Positions 59,252 through 64,000 of a stretch of DNA of 64,000 nucleotides are shown here, in pieces. A program made the translations under genes and the position numbers. The first letter of the stretch is position 1; the number at the start of each line of letters is the position of its first letter. Origin of the DNA: a virus (taxonomy: Duplodnaviria > Caudoviricetes); IMG/VR virus record IMGVR_UViG_3300026549_000032, positions 96,001-160,000 of that record; one strand, given 5' to 3'. A model generated the notes under the pieces. The model was not told the DNA's origin. It ran no database searches and saw nothing but the letters and a program-made list of their open reading frames with translations.

Positions 59252-59650
59252 ATGGAAGAAAAGAAAATAAAAGACCTAGAAAAAGAACTACGAGAAGTAG
59301 ACGAAAGAAGAAAAGAAATCATTAAAGAAATGGCTGATCTCAGAGCTAAGATTGCTACTAAGAAGTTTAAAGATATGATAGGAGGGTGTTATAAGCATCC
59401 TAACTATTACTGTGGCAGTCCGAGGTCAGAGCATTGGTACATATACTCAAGAATAACTGGTATCTCTGGGATGGATTCTCTAGGGGATCCGATCTACGTG
59501 ACGGAATCTATTCAGAAGACTTGTGATGGAAGGATTGAATATAACCCGAATAATCATGAGACTATGAATAGTAATGACGTGGGTGGTTGGATCAAGATAT
59601 CCTTTGAAGAGTTTATGAAAGCAAGAACAGAAATCTTATGCTTGACTTAA
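59252..59650 (+). CDS. Hypothetical protein
   Basis: 132 aa, N-terminal coiled coil. Confidence 0.65.
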   Translation: MEEKKIKDLEKELREVDERRKEIIKEMADLRAKIATKKFKDMIGGCYKHPNYYCGSPRSEHWYIYSRITGISGMDSLGDPIYVTESIQKTCDGRIEYNPNNHETMNSNDVGGWIKISFEEFMKARTEILCLT

Positions 59651-60195
59651 ATTATAGGAACACAAACCCTGGGGACCTGGTACAGGGGAAGAAAACAGGA
59701 ACACTCCTCAGAGTCTTGAGGGTTGAGAAGGATGGCCTTTTCGTGGAGGGTTTCAAACAGAAAATTCAATACGAAGACGTAGAACCTTTCTGGATCTATC
59801 CCATTGAGAGGGTTGAAGCCCTAAAAGATATAATCATGGCTGACCCAAGAGAAGACATCGATGGAAAAGGAGATAAGAAGTATGAGTTCTGGTTTGGGGA
59901 TTATAAAGTTTTAACTTTCATGAAGTCGGTAGGTAATAAGGTTAGTGCTTCATGGAGAGAATATCTCCAGACGCCTACCAACCTAGATATTACCACAGAT
60001 CGTTTCAGTGATGTTCAAAGGATGTTCTTTGAGGCAAGTGATGGGTACAGAGAACTACCACTTACCCTTCCAAAACTACCAACCTTAAAGTGGAGGTGTT
60101 TGGGTTGTGGTCGAGTAATGGCTGAGCCTGGACCTCATAGATGTGGTAGTAACTTCCAAAAACATCACTTGACTTGGGAAAATTTGATACTATAG
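59638..60195 (+). CDS. Hypothetical protein with C-terminal CxxC..HxC
   Basis: 185 aa, followed by a terminator. Confidence 0.65.
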   Translation: MLDLNYRNTNPGDLVQGKKTGTLLRVLRVEKDGLFVEGFKQKIQYEDVEPFWIYPIERVEALKDIIMADPREDIDGKGDKKYEFWFGDYKVLTFMKSVGNKVSASWREYLQTPTNLDITTDRFSDVQRMFFEASDGYRELPLTLPKLPTLKWRCLGCGRVMAEPGPHRCGSNFQKHHLTWENLIL

Positions 60196-60241
60196 GGGAC
60201 GTAAAACACGTCCTTTTTCTTTTCACTCCCTTACCTCTGAA

Positions 60242-60469
60242 ATGAGATTTAATTTAATTTATAAAAGAATTAAAGATACAGATCCAATAGAGATTCCTAG
60301 TCTGGTGAGGGATGATGAAGGAGGAGCATTATCAGGACCAGAAGCTTATAAAGCATTCTGGAAAGCCTATAATGAAACTCAACGCACCATAAACGCGCTG
60401 ATATATCAGTTAGAGATGGTACGTGACTCACTTAACAAGGAATCTAATCAAACAAATAATATATGCTAA
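60242..60469 (+). CDS. Hypothetical protein
   Basis: CCCTTAC upstream. Confidence 0.6.
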   Translation: MRFNLIYKRIKDTDPIEIPSLVRDDEGGALSGPEAYKAFWKAYNETQRTINALIYQLEMVRDSLNKESNQTNNIC

Positions 60470-60918
60470 TCCGGATAACAAATCAGAAACTGATTCGTGA
60501 TGCACTGAATAGATTAGCAGACTTAATGTACGAAACTAATGGACACTACCTCAGGAAGGTTCTTTACGTGGACGATTACTTGTATCTAGGGCGACACGGT
60601 AATAATCTGAAGTACTCTGATAGGTTGGGCATAGTATGTGTAAAAGCATGGCAGAAAAATTGGAGAGAAGGTTACTTCTTAATGAAAGAATTAGCGACCG
60701 TCTTAAATTCTCAAACCCTCGCTCTACCTTTCGAAGAAGTTCAGAAAAGAATCTGGCAGGAAGCTGTTAATAAACCTTCTAATGTAGATTACCTAGAGTA
60801 CTTAGATAATGCTTACATAACTGTTATGAAGTTTAATAGCATTGTGTTCAATTGGTTTTGGGCTAACTTTTTACATCACTGGGACAATGTTGTGGCAGCC
60901 TATAGAAAGAAAACCTGA
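60463..60918 (+). CDS. Hypothetical protein
   Basis: 151 aa. Confidence 0.6.
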   Translation: MLIRITNQKLIRDALNRLADLMYETNGHYLRKVLYVDDYLYLGRHGNNLKYSDRLGIVCVKAWQKNWREGYFLMKELATVLNSQTLALPFEEVQKRIWQEAVNKPSNVDYLEYLDNAYITVMKFNSIVFNWFWANFLHHWDNVVAAYRKKT

Positions 60919-61393
60919 TGTTGTTATATCTATGGGGAGGTCCTATGTAGAGGATTTCCTCGCCTCAAAAAGAAAGATGAGCGAACAAATTCCCTCCTGG
61001 ACAACAATAGCTAGGTGGAGAGGTCATCCCGGAAGGGGGATAAGAGATTTTGGTTTAAATATAACAGATGCTCCTTTTACGAGAGAACTCTTACATGACT
61101 GGTGGGTACATGGAATCGTATCAAACCAGTGGAGAGGTGTCGATGGTACAAAAGCTTTGGAATTATTACCAAACAAAACTATTCATGACGCACTCCGTGA
61201 ATTTATCTACCCAGAAGTGAGTGGTGATTGGAGTGCTAGAGAGGAAAGAGAGGAGAAAGCTTTTGCGTTAGCAATTGTTAGGATAGACTCTCTATGGACT
61301 AAGTTTTGTGAATATTTTATAATTAGAAGATTAATATATGATAGAGTACAAAGAAGGGAACATTTTCACATCTCTAGCGCAGACTATTACTAA
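60887..61393 (+). CDS. Hypothetical protein (MLWQP start)
   Basis: Probable ATG at 60887. Confidence 0.6.
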   Translation: MLWQPIERKPDVVISMGRSYVEDFLASKRKMSEQIPSWTTIARWRGHPGRGIRDFGLNITDAPFTRELLHDWWVHGIVSNQWRGVDGTKALELLPNKTIHDALREFIYPEVSGDWSAREEREEKAFALAIVRIDSLWTKFCEYFIIRRLIYDRVQRREHFHISSADYY

Positions 61394-61967
61394 TACAGTA
61401 AACCTGATGGGAGTCATGGGAGCTGGCTTGGCGTTAGTCCATAAAGCCATATTTCCAAGGATGTATCAAACCTACAGGGACTACTGTAAGGCTGGTCAAT
61501 TTAAAGCAGGTCAGCTTTGGGTATGGGATCAGTCCTGGAAATGGCAGGTCTTAAACTTCCCGACGAAACGACATTGGCGTGATTGGTCAGAGATCCCTCT
61601 CATCGAAATGGGACTAATGAACTTAGTGAGAACGTATCAGGAGAGAGGAATAACTTCTCTGGCAATACCACTCCTGGGTTGTCAGAATGGTCACCTGAAA
61701 GAGAAGGATGTACTGCCAGTCATGGAGAAGTGGTTAGGACAGATGAATATCCCCGTAGAAATATGGAGACGAAATCCTGATGCCCCAAATCCAATCTGGA
61801 ATGAGCTTAAGTTTAAGTGTTCGGCAGGGAAGACAACTTTCGAGAGAATAGTTCTGGAATGTGAATCTTTCGAGGACTTGGTTAAACGACCAGGTATAGG
61901 AAGAGACTCTTGGGCTAAGGAAACAGGTAAAATACTAGGGATAGAGAAAGATGATATTCAGAATTAA
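61338..61967 (+). CDS. Macrodomain protein (DarG/Poa1p-like ADP-ribose hydrolase)
   Basis: GNIF, TNTVNLMGVMGAGLA, LNFPTKRHWR, SLAIPLLGCQNGHL. Confidence 0.9.
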   Translation: MIEYKEGNIFTSLAQTITNTVNLMGVMGAGLALVHKAIFPRMYQTYRDYCKAGQFKAGQLWVWDQSWKWQVLNFPTKRHWRDWSEIPLIEMGLMNLVRTYQERGITSLAIPLLGCQNGHLKEKDVLPVMEKWLGQMNIPVEIWRRNPDAPNPIWNELKFKCSAGKTTFERIVLECESFEDLVKRPGIGRDSWAKETGKILGIEKDDIQN

Positions 61968-62097
61968 TAATGATATATCTGACCTTGTCGGTTGGTATAA
62001 CGGAATACCTGTCATCCGAGTAGATCGAAGGGAATTGAAAAGAAAATATCTGACCTTCTTGACGATGCGAGATTTATTCGGAGTTCAGTTTATATGA
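61951..62097 (+). CDS. Mini-ORF MIFRI (48 aa)
   Basis: Hand-translated; ATGA-coupled to the next ORF. Confidence 0.55.
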   Translation: MIFRINNDISDLVGWYNGIPVIRVDRRELKRKYLTFLTMRDLFGVQFI

Positions 62098-62204
62098 AGT
62101 GGAAATTGAAAACGATAATTGCATCTTGGAAAGGGAAACAGCCCGTATTCCATGCAGAAAGATTTCCATTTCGTTTCTGGAATGAAATTTGGTTACCGGG
62201 ATGA
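62094..62204 (+). CDS. MxW mini-ORF MKWKL (36 aa)
   Basis: Hand-translated; ATGA overlaps on both sides. Confidence 0.6.
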   Translation: MKWKLKTIIASWKGKQPVFHAERFPFRFWNEIWLPG

Positions 62205-62368
62205 TTTGGAAAATAAATCAAACAGAAGAAATTGGGTACTCTATAACCCATGATAGACCTGTCTATAATTTTAGAAGGGAATATGGCCAAACAACTAGTA
62301 GCAATATATCTGATTGGTTTAAAGAATGGTATGGGAAGTTAAAAATACTAGAAGGAAACTTAGAGTAA
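62201..62368 (+). CDS. MxW mini-ORF MIWKI (55 aa)
   Basis: Hand-translated. Confidence 0.6.
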   Translation: MIWKINQTEEIGYSITHDRPVYNFRREYGQTTSSNISDWFKEWYGKLKILEGNLE

Positions 62369-62508
62369 CTGTTAAGATACCTTTTGGCAAAGTATCATCC
62401 AATGGGATAATATATAACAGTGAAGCTCTTCTTGAAGCGATCAAAAGCTGTAATGGCCTAGGAGAGATAACTCATAAAAGTTCTGACGGACTATGGTTTG
62501 GAGTATAA
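62326..62508 (+). CDS. MxW mini-ORF MVWEV (60 aa)
   Basis: ORF track; contains SNGIIYNSEALLEAI..GLGEITH. Confidence 0.6.
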   Translation: MVWEVKNTRRKLRVTVKIPFGKVSSNGIIYNSEALLEAIKSCNGLGEITHKSSDGLWFGV

Positions 62509-62726
62509 GCCAAGAGGTATTGTTTAGTGAAACCGTCGATAGATTCATGGGAGAATGGCAGAAAATACTTAGAGCGAGTATGCGTGCCTTCAGTGCTTCC
62601 ATGACAGTTGACTTGAATCCAAAGAATATAAACTATGTCACGAAGACTTCGACAGGAACGTGGATTCCAAGTCAGTATGACATAGATACGACTTTGGGAA
62701 ATAACAATATAGGATATTCGACATGA
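62493..62726 (+). CDS. MxW mini-ORF MVWSI (77 aa)
   Basis: ORF track; LFSETVDRF similar to the next ORF. Confidence 0.6.
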   Translation: MVWSISQEVLFSETVDRFMGEWQKILRASMRAFSASMTVDLNPKNINYVTKTSTGTWIPSQYDIDTTLGNNNIGYST

Positions 62727-62884
62727 CTTGGGAAGTAAATGCGATACTGTTTAGTAGGAAAGTTGATAGATTCTCTACTAAATTTAGAAGCTCTTTCCGA
62801 AAGGCAATGATGCTTTCCTACATGTATGGTGGGGATGGACATGTCGTATTTGATTACGAAACAGCAGGATGGAGTGGAAGTTAG
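62723..62884 (+). CDS. MxW mini-ORF MTWEV (53 aa)
   Basis: Hand-translated; LFSRKVDRF. Confidence 0.6.
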   Translation: MTWEVNAILFSRKVDRFSTKFRSSFRKAMMLSYMYGGDGHVVFDYETAGWSGS

Positions 62885-63123
62885 CGAAACTAGGAATGCC
62901 TAAGCGTTTTTATGATAAGTTAGTCAGAGATGGGAATATAATATTTGCTCCCTACATGCCACTAACTAGTACGCCAACCATAGGCAACTTCAGCAATCCC
63001 GCGCAAACCGTAAATACCAAATATTATTGTGCGGATACTACTATCTGGTCTTCTAAGAAGATACATACTATCCGTCCCTGCACGCTTGACGAGGGAGGAG
63101 ATAGTGACGTTAGTGAAACATGA
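62869..63123 (+). CDS. MxW mini-ORF MEWKL (84 aa)
   Basis: ORF track; contains GNIIFAPYMPLTSTPTI. Confidence 0.6.
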   Translation: MEWKLAKLGMPKRFYDKLVRDGNIIFAPYMPLTSTPTIGNFSNPAQTVNTKYYCADTTIWSSKKIHTIRPCTLDEGGDSDVSET

Positions 63124-63290
63124 CTTGGAACTTTTCAGACACAATGACCATGGCGATAGAACAGAGGGGAAAGATGGGAAGAGGTCCTAAAAGACCTAAC
63201 CTACTCTACTGTTTTAAGACTTGGGTTGAATTGAAAGAGAAAAATGAAACGCTTTTCAAGGCGTGTGAGAAGGAGCTTTTGAGGAAATGA
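63120..63290 (+). CDS. MxW mini-ORF MTWNF (56 aa)
   Basis: Hand-translated; ATGA overlaps. Confidence 0.6.
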   Translation: MTWNFSDTMTMAIEQRGKMGRGPKRPNLLYCFKTWVELKEKNETLFKACEKELLRK

Positions 63291-63391
63291 TTTGGAGGAT
63301 CAATCCAAGAAAACGGACAAGGACTAGTGGTGTGTTTATCTTGACCAAGGATGGACTTAAGCCTATAAACATTCCGAGGACATGGAAATGA
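63287..63391 (+). CDS. MxW mini-ORF MIWRI (34 aa)
   Basis: Hand-translated; ATGA overlaps. Confidence 0.6.
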   Translation: MIWRINPRKRTRTSGVFILTKDGLKPINIPRTWK

Positions 63392-63513
63392 AGTGGAATA
63401 TAGACATAGATATTTCAAAAGTCCTCCGCCTACGGAGATTAGAATTGATGATGTTTGAGTATTACATTAATCATGATCTGGGACGTATTAATCGAAGAAA
63501 TAGGACTTGCTAA
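63388..63513 (+). CDS. MxW mini-ORF MKWNI (41 aa)
   Basis: Hand-translated. Confidence 0.55.
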   Translation: MKWNIDIDISKVLRLRRLELMMFEYYINHDLGRINRRNRTC

Positions 63514-63598
63514 ACTAACCATCACTACTTCAACTAAAACAACAACTCATACATGTAAGTTGACGTTAATAACCTCCAGCGATGGTGTTAAACGTTGA
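63473..63598 (+). CDS. MxW mini-ORF MIWDV (41 aa)
   Basis: Hand-translated. Confidence 0.55.
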   Translation: MIWDVLIEEIGLAKLTITTSTKTTTHTCKLTLITSSDGVKR

Positions 63599-63606
63599 AA
63601 GAAGAT

Positions 63607-63816
63607 ATGAGGTGGGAGTTTAGTGAACTGGTTAATAGATATGTTAGTCCTCCTATCCCAACACTAGATGATATGTCTAACTTAACCTTCTGGGAAAACA
63701 CCAACAGTAATCTCAGAGATGGGATAAAGGCATACAAACAATTATTACACGTTTACAATGCTTTGGGAGTTAAACCTGATTTTGAAACCCATCCTGTGGT
63801 GGGCGAGGGATTCTGA
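63607..63816 (+). CDS. MxW mini-ORF MRWEF (69 aa)
   Basis: Internal ATG of track ORF 63595..63816. Confidence 0.6.
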   Translation: MRWEFSELVNRYVSPPIPTLDDMSNLTFWENTNSNLRDGIKAYKQLLHVYNALGVKPDFETHPVVGEGF

Positions 63817-64000
63817 GATTTTCATAGTAGACAGAACCACAGATCCGGTCACCCAAGTAATAGAAGATACAGATGCAGCCTGGAATAGCTATCATGAATA
63901 TCAAGCAAAGTACGGGACAAGACTCTTTCCAGAGTACCCAAGCAGGAATGACTGGTATTTTGCAGTAGCTATGACTATGCTTGAGAATGGTGATTATAAA
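63758..64000 (+). CDS. MxW ORF MLWEL (partial, runs off the window)
   Basis: Hand-translated; 81 codons with no stop. Confidence 0.55.
   Translation, partial: MLWELNLILKPILWWARDSEIFIVDRTTDPVTQVIEDTDAAWNSYHEYQAKYGTRLFPEYPSRNDWYFAVAMTMLENGDYK

Noticed and set aside
1-64000. Stop-codon reassignment, as in some gut Bacteroidota phages
   Set aside because: Known enzymes are full length under the standard code and TAG, TGA and TAA all end genes at sensible positions. The fragmented right end is explained by mini-ORFs in different frames, not by in-frame read-through.
61951-64000. One long frameshifted pseudogene or sequencing error
   Set aside because: Each piece has its own ATG with the same MxW-type start and several exact ATGA overlaps, which random decay would not produce.

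Overview
This 64 kb window looks like the accessory/early-gene region of a large lytic dsDNA phage, probably infecting Bacteroidota. That assignment is inferred from dense short ORFs, frequent strand switches, AT-rich leaders without Shine-Dalgarno sites, a recurring CCTTA(T/C) promoter-like motif and metabolic auxiliary genes; no full-length virion gene was recognised. The standard genetic code fits. Recognisable genes: PlsC-like acyltransferase, glutamine-dependent NadE, NadD, HAD phosphatases, YqeY, a radical SAM enzyme, an SF2-helicase-fold protein beside an origin-like region, an AAA ATPase, a Cys phosphatase, DUF488, rtcB split by a group I intron carrying a LAGLIDADG endonuclease, a 3D-domain protein, a DHH phosphoesterase, TelA, a pol-beta nucleotidyltransferase, two IMPDH/GMPR paralogs, a retropepsin and a macrodomain. 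Main unexplained signals: (1) at least 12 consecutive mini-ORFs at the right end all start M-x-W-x-hydrophobic, and some carry motifs resembling pieces of phage head proteins; (2) six proteins share the N-terminal motif SxTD(V/I)ITNSS(S/T)EV, three of them directly upstream of the radical SAM gene; (3) a ~740-nt structured ORF-free unit is a candidate large ncRNA; (4) a bipartite ACCGTC-N16/17-CCTTATA promoter-like motif. All assignments come from reading motifs by eye; no searches were run.
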